Assembly (NCBI GenBank): GCA_017548925.1
Contig: JAFYYX010000001.1
Location: 30,829-94,828, forward strand
From: Bacilli bacterium
GTDB lineage: Bacteria; Bacillota_I; Bacilli_A; RF39; UBA660
DNA: 64,000 bases
Direction: 5' to 3'
How positions within the stretch are numbered: the stretch's first letter is position 1; each line of letters begins with the position of its first letter. Of the stretch, positions 1 to 8,557 are shown in pieces. A program made the translations under genes and the position numbers. Under the pieces are notes generated by a model. It ran no database searches, had not been told where the DNA came from, and worked only from the letters and a program-made list of their open reading frames with translations.

Positions 1-120
1 TATCTAGCTATATTAAATGAATAGCAATTAAGCACCTTTTCTTTGTTTTGAGATACTACCCACATACTAACAATCCCTTCTTAATAAATTATATCACAAT
101 AACTATTTAAGAAAAGAAAA

Positions 121-145
121 AAGATTTCATTTTTAATGAAATCTT
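121..145 (-). terminator. Rho-independent terminator (hairpin aagatttcat/atgaaatctt, then a T-run on the minus strand) after the small 36-aa ORF
   Basis: Inverted repeat 121-145 flanked by an A-run on plus (T-run on minus), immediately 3' of the stop of ORF 144..254. Confidence 0.5.
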
Positions 146-254
146 ATTTAGTTTTCTTTTTTGGGTCTTTTTGAATAAATTTTACTTTAACACCTTTAAC
201 TTTACCAAATTGTTTTTTAACACCTTCTGGTAAATTCTTCTTAATAACTTTCAT
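144..254 (-). CDS. Small lysine-rich 36-aa protein (MKVIKKNLPEGVKKQFGKVKGVKVKFIQKDPKKKTK), function unknown
   Basis: Not in the ORF track because it is shorter than the cutoff. Strong SD (AGCAAGGAGTG) sits 7 nt upstream of the ATG at 254, with a terminator hairpin just downstream. It lies downstream of and co-oriented with the HD-domain gene. Confidence 0.4.
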   Translation of the reverse strand: MKVIKKNLPEGVKKQFGKVKGVKVKFIQKDPKKKTK

Positions 255-313
255 ACTTTCACTCCTTGCTTTGAAATTATAGCATTATAAATATAAATTG
301 TAAATTATTTTTA

Positions 314-856
314 TTAATGGAAAATGCTAGCAAACATCATTACAAATAGCATTGCATAATTAGCAGCTCTTTTTGCAACAGGTACTACTGTCTCACTAGT
401 AGATGTATATTTATCAACAAATGATATTAAAAATGATTCTTTATATTTAGGAAACTTTCTTAAAGTAAGTGGCCACATATGTTTTTCTATAATATCTTTT
501 TCCATATCATTAAGTGAAAAATATTTATTAGCATTTTCTAAAGCTTTTTGAGGATGAGTAAATCCATGTTTTTGAAATAATGGATCACCTTTTGGTAGTA
601 AATGCCAATCATATAAAAATAAATCATGCAAAAGTCCTGCTCTTGCAGCAGACTTACAATCTAGATGAAGTAATTTTGCTAATTTATATGAATGATATGA
701 AACATTAATGCAATGTTCTAAAGTTGTAGTTGAACCATGCTGTATATATTCATCCATCTTTTTAACAGCATCAGAATAAAATACGTCTTCAACGCATTTC
801 ATATATTCTTTATTATTAATGATTTTATTGTATTTATTTTGAAATCCAATGCTCAT
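314..856 (-). CDS. HD-domain metal-dependent phosphohydrolase
   Basis: 180-aa ORF with an H..HD..D pattern (LEHCINVSYHSYKL...LLHDL...D) typical of the HD superfamily. Confidence 0.6.
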   Translation of the reverse strand: MSIGFQNKYNKIINNKEYMKCVEDVFYSDAVKKMDEYIQHGSTTTLEHCINVSYHSYKLAKLLHLDCKSAARAGLLHDLFLYDWHLLPKGDPLFQKHGFTHPQKALENANKYFSLNDMEKDIIEKHMWPLTLRKFPKYKESFLISFVDKYTSTSETVVPVAKRAANYAMLFVMMFASIFH

Positions 857-923
857 TAAAACTACTTCTTTCCAAAAATAATTATACTATAAGTTTATAA
901 TATTAAAAATAAAATATTATTAA

Positions 924-1202
924 TTATCTATGATTTACACTTGATTTTTCATCAAGCTTACTTTCTACTTTAGCAATAACTTCAGCATTAGGATGTAAAT
1001 ATTCATACTCAGTTATGCCATAGTTTTCATAAATATTATCAAATTCTTCATCCTCAAGTATACCAATTAGATTCATCAAACTCATGGCATATGTATTTTC
1101 TTCATTACTATATCCATTAAGAGATTCTTCTTTAAAACTAGAAGTAATATCATAATCTTTTGATTCTGGATTTGAAAACTCTCTAAACTCCATTAATATC
1201 AA
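924..1202 (-). CDS. Hypothetical small acidic protein
   Basis: 92-aa ORF rich in E/D/Y. No recognisable motif. Confidence 0.3.
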   Translation of the reverse strand: MILMEFREFSNPESKDYDITSSFKEESLNGYSNEENTYAMSLMNLIGILEDEEFDNIYENYGITEYEYLHPNAEVIAKVESKLDEKSSVNHR

Positions 1203-1326
1203 CTCCTATAACAATTATAACAAAAACATATAAAAATAATAATATTAAAAAACTTTACAATATTAATTTTACAAATATAAAATATATAAATTATTAATGT
1301 TATAATTAATTAAGGAGGTAATTTAA

Positions 1327-1896
1327 TTGAAAATATCAAACATTAAAGAATTTTTAAATGAAATAAAGACTCCTAATCAATTACTAAATTATATGGAAAA
1401 CAATATTACATATGGTTTTGTTGGAAATAATGGTAAATACTATGATAATCCAGATAGTGATGAATGGAATGATTGGTATAGTGTTTGTTACGTACAAAAT
1501 GCAAAGCAATTACTTAAAAGTCATATAGGAATATGCTGGGATCAAGTTGAACTTGAAAGAGAATGGTTTTCTCATAATCAATTTAACTATATAACTATAT
1601 TTATATGGTTTAGTGTGGAACATAAAAATGATTACCCTACACATTCGTTTTTAATATACGAAGATAATAATAAATGGTATTGGTTTGAAAATGCATTCTT
1701 TGATTGTACAGGAATCCATGAATATAATTCAAAAACAGATGCAATTAATGATATAAAAGAAAAGTTTTTTTCTTACGCCATAGAAAATGGATGGGCTAAG
1801 CCAGAAGATAAGGGTTTAATCATGACTAACGAATATTCAAAACCAAAAGATAACTCAACTGTTCAAGAATATTTAAATCATGTTACAAATAATTAA
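1327..1896 (+). CDS. Hypothetical protein with a Cys...His motif (possible papain/transglutaminase-like fold)
   Basis: 189-aa ORF. SD AAGGAGG lies 6 nt upstream. Motifs GICWDQ and YPTHSF are present. Followed by terminator hairpin 1899-1924. Confidence 0.45.
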   Translation: MKISNIKEFLNEIKTPNQLLNYMENNITYGFVGNNGKYYDNPDSDEWNDWYSVCYVQNAKQLLKSHIGICWDQVELEREWFSHNQFNYITIFIWFSVEHKNDYPTHSFLIYEDNNKWYWFENAFFDCTGIHEYNSKTDAINDIKEKFFSYAIENGWAKPEDKGLIMTNEYSKPKDNSTVQEYLNHVTNN

Positions 1897-1898
1897 AA

Positions 1899-1924
1899 AA
1901 CACTAACAAATTGTTAGTGTTTTA
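1899..1924 (+). terminator. Rho-independent terminator (cactaacaa/ttgttagtg plus TTTT)
   Basis: Perfect 9-bp stem, 1-nt loop and a T-run directly after the stop of 1327..1896. Confidence 0.6.
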
Positions 1925-1995
1925 ATAATCTTAATGGCACGTATATCATAAGGGTTTTTAACTACTTATAATATTTTTTAATGACAAGATTCTTT

Positions 1996-2241
1996 CTAGC
2001 AAACATTTCTATTGCCACCTGATGGAGGATTATCATCATATCCAGTTGGGCAGGAACCATCCTTATTTGGGTATTTATATATATACCTGCAACACATACC
2101 ATCAATTTCAACTTCCCCCATATTACATTCTTTAGAATTAACATTTGTATTACTCGAATTACTTCCATTTGTATTATCTGAACATCGAGATAATATAAAT
2201 ACTATTAATACTAAAAATATAATTAGAATCTTTCTTTTCAT
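1996..2241 (-). CDS. Small secreted cysteine-rich protein (81 aa, 6 Cys) with signal peptide or lipoprotein-like N-terminus
   Basis: N-terminal MKRKILIIFLVLIVFILSRC hydrophobic leader. Mature part carries 6 Cys including a CC pair. Overlapping alternative-frame ORFs are probably noise. Confidence 0.4.
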   Translation of the reverse strand: MKRKILIIFLVLIVFILSRCSDNTNGSNSSNTNVNSKECNMGEVEIDGMCCRYIYKYPNKDGSCPTGYDDNPPSGGNRNVC

Positions 2242-2259
2242 ATTATCTACTTAATTAAA

Positions 2260-2808
2260 TTATTCCATTATCTTAAAACTAATTTTATTATCATCTTGAT
2301 ATACATTTAATAATTCTACTTTATATATAGTTTCTTTTTCAAGATGATTACTATCATGTGAAAAAAACAAATTAATACCACTAGAATGAGATAAATCCAC
2401 ATCTTTAAACTTTATTTTTTTTAATAAGCCATTAGCTCCCAAAACTGCAAATTCAAAACTAAAATTATTTCTTGGAACATTAAATTTTGCAAATTCAATA
2501 TATATTCTTTTATTAGATTGAGGTGCAAATAATTCATTACCATCAAGTCTGATTCTAGTTATTGCAACATCAACTTTATCATATTCAGGTGTATTTTCTA
2601 AGTCAGAAAAAAACTTTTCTTTCTTTTCTTTGAATTCTTTTTCTTTTTTAGTAGGTGTCGTCATAATAAAAGCAAATATAACAAATAACCATACAAACCA
2701 GGTTTCTGATAATGGCATAGTGAATAATGCAATTACTAGTATCACTAATAACAGCAGATAATGAATTGCAACTCTACCTATAGCTATCTTATTCCATATC
2801 TTTTTCAT
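2260..2808 (-). CDS. Membrane-anchored hypothetical protein (2 TM plus soluble domain)
   Basis: 182-aa ORF. Two hydrophobic helices lie in the first 55 aa. Confidence 0.45.
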   Translation of the reverse strand: MKKIWNKIAIGRVAIHYLLLLVILVIALFTMPLSETWFVWLFVIFAFIMTTPTKKEKEFKEKKEKFFSDLENTPEYDKVDVAITRIRLDGNELFAPQSNKRIYIEFAKFNVPRNNFSFEFAVLGANGLLKKIKFKDVDLSHSSGINLFFSHDSNHLEKETIYKVELLNVYQDDNKISFKIME

Positions 2809-2894
2809 AATTACTCCAATCCTTCATCTATCTCACAACCTTATATATCTATTATAACATAAAAAAAATAGCCTAAGCTACTTTATAAACTAAA

Positions 2895-2968
2895 TGGCAG
2901 GGGATGCAAGAATCGAACTCGCAACAGTGGTTTTGGAGACCATTATTATACCATTTAACTAATCCCCT
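2895..2968 (-). tRNA. trnW: tRNA-Trp (anticodon CCA), with the CCA end encoded
   Basis: Reverse complement reads AGGGGAUUAGUUAAAUGGUA...UGGUCUCCAAAACCA...GAGUUCGAUUCUUGCAUCCCCUGCCA. The cloverleaf has a 7-bp acceptor stem, anticodon loop CU-CCA-AA and T-loop GTTCGATTC. GC-rich island in an AT-rich context. A hairpin plus T8 terminator lies downstream (2860-2894). Confidence 0.85.
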
Positions 2969-3040
2969 GTAAGGCAAATAAATTATAACATAGTAAATAT
3001 CGATAATTCAAGCAATTTCATATAATATACTGGTGATAAA

Positions 3041-3463
3041 ATGATAATAAGTTATACAGAAAATGATGTTGATATGCTTGCTAGAATCATGAGAGCTGAG
3101 GCTTTAAATGAAGGAGAACTTGGAATGCTCATGGTTGGTAATGTTGTAGTAAATAGAGTTTTAGCTAATTGCTTAACATTTAAAAATATAAGAAGTATAT
3201 ATGATGCAATATACCAAAAGAATCAGTTTACTGGTATTAATTCTCCCTTATACCAAGCATCTGCAACTACTTATGAAAAAGATTTAGCTAAAAGAATATT
3301 AAATGGTGAATATTATTATCCAGCAACAAATGCTTTATGGTTTTATTCCCCAAGTAAAGGAGCAAGTTGTAAATCATCATGGTATAATCAAAAATTATCA
3401 GGAAGATACAAAAACCATTGTTTTTATATTCCTGAGGCAGGACTTTGCAATTCAATATACTAA
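3041..3463 (+). CDS. SleB/CwlJ-family cell-wall hydrolase (Hydrolase_2 domain), spore-cortex lytic enzyme-like
   Basis: ARIMRAEALNEGELGMLMVGNVVVNRV matches the Hydrolase_2 signature. 140 aa. Confidence 0.75.
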   Translation: MIISYTENDVDMLARIMRAEALNEGELGMLMVGNVVVNRVLANCLTFKNIRSIYDAIYQKNQFTGINSPLYQASATTYEKDLAKRILNGEYYYPATNALWFYSPSKGASCKSSWYNQKLSGRYKNHCFYIPEAGLCNSIY

Positions 3464-3468
3464 AAAAT

Positions 3469-3494
3469 AATCAGTTCATATTTTTGAACTGATT
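3469..3494. terminator. Bidirectional terminator hairpin (aatcagttca/gaactgatt) between convergent genes
   Basis: Stem-loop flanked by an A-run and a T-run between the 3' ends of 3041..3463(+) and 3498..4388(-). Confidence 0.6.
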
Positions 3495-3497
3495 ATT

Positions 3498-4388
3498 TTA
3501 TGGTATTAATAATTTTTGACCAACATATATAGTTGTTGATTTAAGATTATTCTTATTAATAATATCTGTTACTGTTGTATTAAACTTTCTCGATATTGAG
3601 TAAAGTGTATCTCCTTTTTGTACAATATATTCAATAGTATTACTTGGAATAATTAGCTTTTGACCTATAACTATTAAATTTGAAGATAAATTATTAATAC
3701 TTTTAAGTTTATTAACAGTTGTTTTATACTTATTAGCAATACTCCATAATGTGTCTCCTTTTTGAACAATGTAATAATCACCATTTATAGAAGATAATGG
3801 TTCTTTATAGGAAACCCCCATATATTCTGCAATTGATTTAACCATAGCTTCAGCTAATTTTTCATAATCATTTTTAATTTGATTAACATCATCTTTAGTT
3901 GAATCAACAAAACCATATTCCATAAGTATAGATTCATTATTTGCTGTATCCCTAATAATAAAATAGTAGTCTTTTGAAGGATTACTAGGAAGTCGTCTTT
4001 GATAGTATTTTCTTACGTTTTGACCTTCATTTTCTATATTTTTAGCAATTAATTTAGAAAATGTATCAGTATTTCTAAGTCCATATATTATTTCTGCTCC
4101 ATCTCCACCACCAGAATTAAGATGATTTGATATTAATAAAACATCATTACCAGTACCATAAATACTCTTGATTTTTTTAACTCTATCACTTGGAGATAGT
4201 GTCTCATCAGTAGTTCTTGTTAAAGTATTAGGTATACCAAGTTCATCTAGTCTTTTGGATATATATTTACTTATTTTTAAGTTATAATCTTTTTCAACTA
4301 TTCCATTTGCACTTGTTCCAGGATCAGCTCCACCATGTCCAGGATCTAATATTACCTTTTTAATAATTCTATCACTCATGATTATCAC
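3498..4388 (-). CDS. N-acetylmuramoyl-L-alanine amidase (Amidase_3) with two C-terminal LysM domains (CwlD/CwlC-like)
   Basis: VILDPGHGGADPG amidase_3 motif. Two YIVQKGDTL...LIIP LysM repeats. Confidence 0.8.
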   Translation of the reverse strand: MIIMSDRIIKKVILDPGHGGADPGTSANGIVEKDYNLKISKYISKRLDELGIPNTLTRTTDETLSPSDRVKKIKSIYGTGNDVLLISNHLNSGGGDGAEIIYGLRNTDTFSKLIAKNIENEGQNVRKYYQRRLPSNPSKDYYFIIRDTANNESILMEYGFVDSTKDDVNQIKNDYEKLAEAMVKSIAEYMGVSYKEPLSSINGDYYIVQKGDTLWSIANKYKTTVNKLKSINNLSSNLIVIGQKLIIPSNTIEYIVQKGDTLYSISRKFNTTVTDIINKNNLKSTTIYVGQKLLIP

Positions 4389-4496
4389 CTAAAGTATTAT
4401 ATGAGTAAACTGATTTTAATGTGTGTTATATGAATATATAACTTTATAAATGGATAAATTTATGATATATTTTATACATAATTGTGGTGAATTAAT

Positions 4497-5489
4497 ATGA
4501 CAAAGAAAAGAAAAAAGAAAAAGCTTAAACTTAAAAAAAGCATTAAACTTATGCTTCTTTTATTAATATTAGTTTTATTTGCTTACTCACAAAATTTCTT
4601 TGGAATATTTGAATATAAAAGAAAAAACATTTCCGCTGAAACAACTGAAGAACATAAAGGTGTTATAAGAAAAATGCGTTATGATAATTGCATCAAAGAT
4701 GGAATTACAGAAGAAAATTTTAATGATAACACCATAAATGCAAAAAACGAACTAACAAAATACTTAAATAATAATGACATATATTATTATTATCAAGATA
4801 AAGACTATGGATATGAAATAAAAAGAAAAGAAACAACATCAATATATGGCGCTAGTTTAGTTAAGCTATCAACTGCATTATATTTAATAGATAATGATGT
4901 TGATTTATCTACAGAGCTAGTATATCTTGCTAAATTTAAAACTGCATATAGTACTGGAATGCAAAAACATAAAATTGGGGATAAAGTATCAATTGGAGAA
5001 TTAATGAAATACTCTATTACTTATAGTGATAACACAGCTCATCATATGATACTAAACTATATTGGTAAAACTAAACTTCAAGAGTACTCTAAATCATTAG
5101 GAGCTAAAGTATTATTAACAGGTTGGGATGATTTTGGAAATCAAACGGCTGAAGATATGAATATTTATTTAAATAGAGCATATGAACTATTTACTGAAAA
5201 AGAAAATGGAAAACTCCTAAAAGAATATATGAATAATACTGATACTAATGCTCTTAACTTTGATGATGTAACATTTATGCATAAATATGGATCATATTCA
5301 CTATACTTTCATGATGTAGGTATATATAATGGAAATCATCCATATAATGTATCTATTTTAACAACTAAAACTGAAGCAAAAGGTCCATCATACGTAAATA
5401 AAGTATCAAAACTAACATATGATTTTCATAAAGCATACTATGAAAACTTAGATAGTTATTGTAAGAAATTAGTATATGGAGAAGACTAA
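4497..5489 (+). CDS. Exported serine hydrolase of the class-A beta-lactamase / D-Ala-D-Ala carboxypeptidase-like type
   Basis: Signal peptide. SxxK (SLVK), SDN (YSDNTA) and K[ST]G-like motifs. The N-terminal Lys-run is encoded by an A-rich homopolymer tract. Confidence 0.55.
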   Translation: MTKKRKKKKLKLKKSIKLMLLLLILVLFAYSQNFFGIFEYKRKNISAETTEEHKGVIRKMRYDNCIKDGITEENFNDNTINAKNELTKYLNNNDIYYYYQDKDYGYEIKRKETTSIYGASLVKLSTALYLIDNDVDLSTELVYLAKFKTAYSTGMQKHKIGDKVSIGELMKYSITYSDNTAHHMILNYIGKTKLQEYSKSLGAKVLLTGWDDFGNQTAEDMNIYLNRAYELFTEKENGKLLKEYMNNTDTNALNFDDVTFMHKYGSYSLYFHDVGIYNGNHPYNVSILTTKTEAKGPSYVNKVSKLTYDFHKAYYENLDSYCKKLVYGED

Positions 5490-5511
5490 TTATAAATTAG
5501 TCTTCTTTTTA
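5481..5511 (+). terminator. Rho-independent terminator (gaagactaat/attagtcttc plus T5)
   Basis: 10-bp perfect stem overlapping the stop codon of 4497..5489. Confidence 0.6.
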
Positions 5512-5537
5512 TGTTATAATTACTATTAGGTGATAAT

Positions 5538-7370
5538 ATGTGTGGAATAGTAGGCATCATTGATGATAGTAGTAAAAAAGAAAAAAAGAAAAATATTAAA
5601 TTAATGGCTGATAGAATAATTCATAGAGGTCCTGATGCAGAAGGATACTATGTAGATGATAAAGTAGCTTTAGGTCATAGAAGACTTTCTATTATAGATT
5701 TAAAAGGTGGAGATCAACCACTTTATAATGAAAAAGAAGACATAGCACTTATATTTAATGGTGAAATATATAACTATAAAACTATTAGAGAAGATTTAAT
5801 AAAAAAAGGTCATAAATTTAAAACTAATACCGATAGTGAAGTAATTGTTCATGGTTATGAAGAATATGGAACAGTTATTTTTAGTAAATTAAGAGGTATG
5901 TTTGCCATTTTGATATATGATATTAAAAATAATATTGTAGTTGGAGCAAGAGACCATTTTGGTATAAAACCTTTTTATTACTATAAAAATGATGGAATAT
6001 ATTTATTTGGTTCAGAAATTAAATCATTTTTAGAATATCCTAATTTTCAAAAAGAAGTTAATAAACAAGCACTAAAAATGTATTTAGTATTTCAATATTC
6101 TATCTATGAAGAAACATTTTTTAAAAATGTGTATAAATTAAAACCTGGTCACTATTTTGTTATAAAGAATAATGAAATGACAATAACAAGATACTTTGAA
6201 CCAACATTTGATAAAACAAATAATTCTTATAAATCATACAGAGAAGATATTAAAGAAGCTTTAGAAGAAAGCATTCATGCTTATCAAATATCAAGCGATG
6301 TCGAGGTAGGATCTTATTTATCTGGTGGTGTTGATTCATCGTATGTTGCAGCCGTTGCAAAACCAGATAAAACATTTAGTGTAGGTTTTAAAACTGAAGG
6401 TTTTGATGAAACTGAAAAAGCTCAAGAATTATCAAAAGAACTAGGTATTAAAAATAAAAGAAGATATGTTACACCTGATGAATTTTTTGATATTCTTCCA
6501 ACAATTCAGTACCATACTGATGAACCACATGCAAACCTATCTACAGTACCACTATTTTTCTTAAGTGATTTAGCTAGTAAAGATGTTAAAGTTGTATTAT
6601 CAGGCGAAGGTGCAGATGAATTCTTTGGTGGTTATCCAGAATATAATGATCCTCTTGCTGTTAGAATGTATTCAAAAATACCATCAATACTTAAAAAACC
6701 ACTAGCTGCTATAATTAAACCATTACCTCATTTCCCAGGTAAAAATACATTAGTTAAATATAGTAAACCTTTCTATGAAAGATATATAGGTCATGCATTT
6801 GTAATGGATGAAAAAGAAGCTAATGAAATTTTATGTGATGAATTAAAAGATAATGTTACTTTAAAAGATATCTTATATCCTTATTACGAAAAGGTAAAAG
6901 ATAAAGATGAACTAATTAAAAAAATGTACTTTGATTTTCATTTTTGGCTTCCACAAGATATTTTATTAAAAGCTGATAAAATGTCTATGTCTCATTCACT
7001 TGAACTTAGAGTACCACTACTTGATCAAGACTTATTTAAACATAGTAAAGTTGTACCAAGTAAATACATGGTAAAAGATAAACAAACTAAATATATGTTT
7101 AGAGACATTGCTCTTGAAAAATTACCTGAAGATTGGGCTAAAAGAAGAAAACTTGGATTCCCTGTTCCTTTTTCAAAATGGATTAGAGAAGATAAGTTTT
7201 ATAATAAAGTTAAAGATATGTTTAACGAAGAGTTTGTTAGTGAATTCTTTGATAAAAACTTTATTAATAAGTTATTAACTGATCACTATAATAATAAAGT
7301 AAATAACGGAAGAAAAATTTATAATATTTATATTTTCCTAATTTGGTATAAAGTATATTTTTGTAATTAA
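5538..7370 (+). CDS. asnB: Asparagine synthetase (glutamine-hydrolysing)
   Basis: N-terminal MCGI (catalytic Cys2), an SGGxDS PP-loop (SYLSGGVDSS) and 610 aa. Confidence 0.9.
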   Translation: MCGIVGIIDDSSKKEKKKNIKLMADRIIHRGPDAEGYYVDDKVALGHRRLSIIDLKGGDQPLYNEKEDIALIFNGEIYNYKTIREDLIKKGHKFKTNTDSEVIVHGYEEYGTVIFSKLRGMFAILIYDIKNNIVVGARDHFGIKPFYYYKNDGIYLFGSEIKSFLEYPNFQKEVNKQALKMYLVFQYSIYEETFFKNVYKLKPGHYFVIKNNEMTITRYFEPTFDKTNNSYKSYREDIKEALEESIHAYQISSDVEVGSYLSGGVDSSYVAAVAKPDKTFSVGFKTEGFDETEKAQELSKELGIKNKRRYVTPDEFFDILPTIQYHTDEPHANLSTVPLFFLSDLASKDVKVVLSGEGADEFFGGYPEYNDPLAVRMYSKIPSILKKPLAAIIKPLPHFPGKNTLVKYSKPFYERYIGHAFVMDEKEANEILCDELKDNVTLKDILYPYYEKVKDKDELIKKMYFDFHFWLPQDILLKADKMSMSHSLELRVPLLDQDLFKHSKVVPSKYMVKDKQTKYMFRDIALEKLPEDWAKRRKLGFPVPFSKWIREDKFYNKVKDMFNEEFVSEFFDKNFINKLLTDHYNNKVNNGRKIYNIYIFLIWYKVYFCN

Positions 7371-7372
7371 TA

Positions 7373-7399
7373 AAAAACCTCTATTCAGAGGTTTTTTTA
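7373..7399. terminator. Bidirectional terminator (aaaaaacctctattcagaggttttttt)
   Basis: Hairpin flanked by A7 and T7 between convergent asnB and the 7381..8040 gene. Confidence 0.65.
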
Positions 7400-8040
7400 T
7401 CATCAACAAAATACCATTCAATAAATCTTTTTTTCATATATTTATCATTATATTTTTTATCAATATACCTAGTAAATTTATTAGTTGGTTTACTATTATA
7501 ATTATGTCTATTTGCCCATCTTACTATAGCAACAGTTGTTATTGATAAATTAATAATCATAAATACTGTAAAAAATGGAACAATAAAATTAAATACTTTT
7601 TTTCTTGTTAATTTAATGAATTTATCAGTATATTTATTAGTTTTTTCAAAGACAAAGCCTAATATACCCCAAATAATAAACATTCTAAAACATATAAGTC
7701 CCATAAAATTTAGAAAACAATTTTCATAACTCCAAGACATCATTTTTAATCCATATAAAAGTAAAAGTCCACATATAAGTTCAATTAAAGTTCCAAGTGC
7801 AGCATATATCAAGAATCTAATAATGACATTAAATTTTTTTATATAATGAGATAATGTGTAGTAAAAAACTATACCCACACCATATATAATGCAAAAATGT
7901 CCATATACCGAAACTACATGACTCTCCCATTTTCCAAATTTAAGTAAGCAATAAAGGCCTTCAAATATAAGGCCAACATAACTAGCTATAATAAATAGCC
8001 AAAACAAATCAGAATATTTAATATCTACTTCTTTTTTCAT
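7381..8040 (-). CDS. Polytopic membrane protein, function unknown
   Basis: 219 aa with about 6 hydrophobic segments and a basic C-terminus. Confidence 0.4.
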   Translation of the reverse strand: MKKEVDIKYSDLFWLFIIASYVGLIFEGLYCLLKFGKWESHVVSVYGHFCIIYGVGIVFYYTLSHYIKKFNVIIRFLIYAALGTLIELICGLLLLYGLKMMSWSYENCFLNFMGLICFRMFIIWGILGFVFEKTNKYTDKFIKLTRKKVFNFIVPFFTVFMIINLSITTVAIVRWANRHNYNSKPTNKFTRYIDKKYNDKYMKKRFIEWYFVDDKKTSE

Positions 8041-8091
8041 AACAAAATTATATAATAAATAATAAAAAAAATATATGATTAAATCATATAT

Positions 8092-8517
8092 TTATTTTAC
8101 TTTAACAAAGCCATCACTTATGTATATATCTGATATTTCATCTTCACTCATAGCTTTATAATCAATTATATCTTTATCCAAATAATAAAGAACTAAAGCA
8201 TTTTTCACAACTTTGCAATCTTTATACTCTTTACTTTCTTTATAAATTTTAGAAGCATTTTTTGCTGTTTCTTTAGAATCAAAATAAAGTGATAAAGTTA
8301 CGTTTTTTAATCTCTTATTTGAATAAATAAAGGACACCCTTTGAGTTAATCTGGATTCTTCATAATAATCAAATTTAATTGTATAATTATTTTTATTGTC
8401 TTTAGCTTTCTTATTTTTATTAATTTTTGATGCAAAAATTACAGCAAGAAAAACAGCTAATACTAATAAAACAATTCCAAAAATTACGAACTTTTTCTTA
8501 TTTTTCATATCTAACAC
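8092..8517 (-). CDS. Membrane-anchored or exported hypothetical protein
   Basis: 141 aa with an N-terminal TM or signal anchor. Co-oriented downstream of htrA. Confidence 0.4.
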   Translation of the reverse strand: MLDMKNKKKFVIFGIVLLVLAVFLAVIFASKINKNKKAKDNKNNYTIKFDYYEESRLTQRVSFIYSNKRLKNVTLSLYFDSKETAKNASKIYKESKEYKDCKVVKNALVLYYLDKDIIDYKAMSEDEISDIYISDGFVKVK

Positions 8518-8557
8518 CTACCATTAAAAGAATACCATATAGATAGTTAAAAAACAA

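Noticed and set aside
1962-2254. Three mutually overlapping ORFs (68 aa minus, 81 aa minus, 80 aa plus)
   Set aside because: At most one can be real. The 81-aa Cys-rich secreted peptide has a leader and sensible composition, and the others are alternative-frame artefacts.
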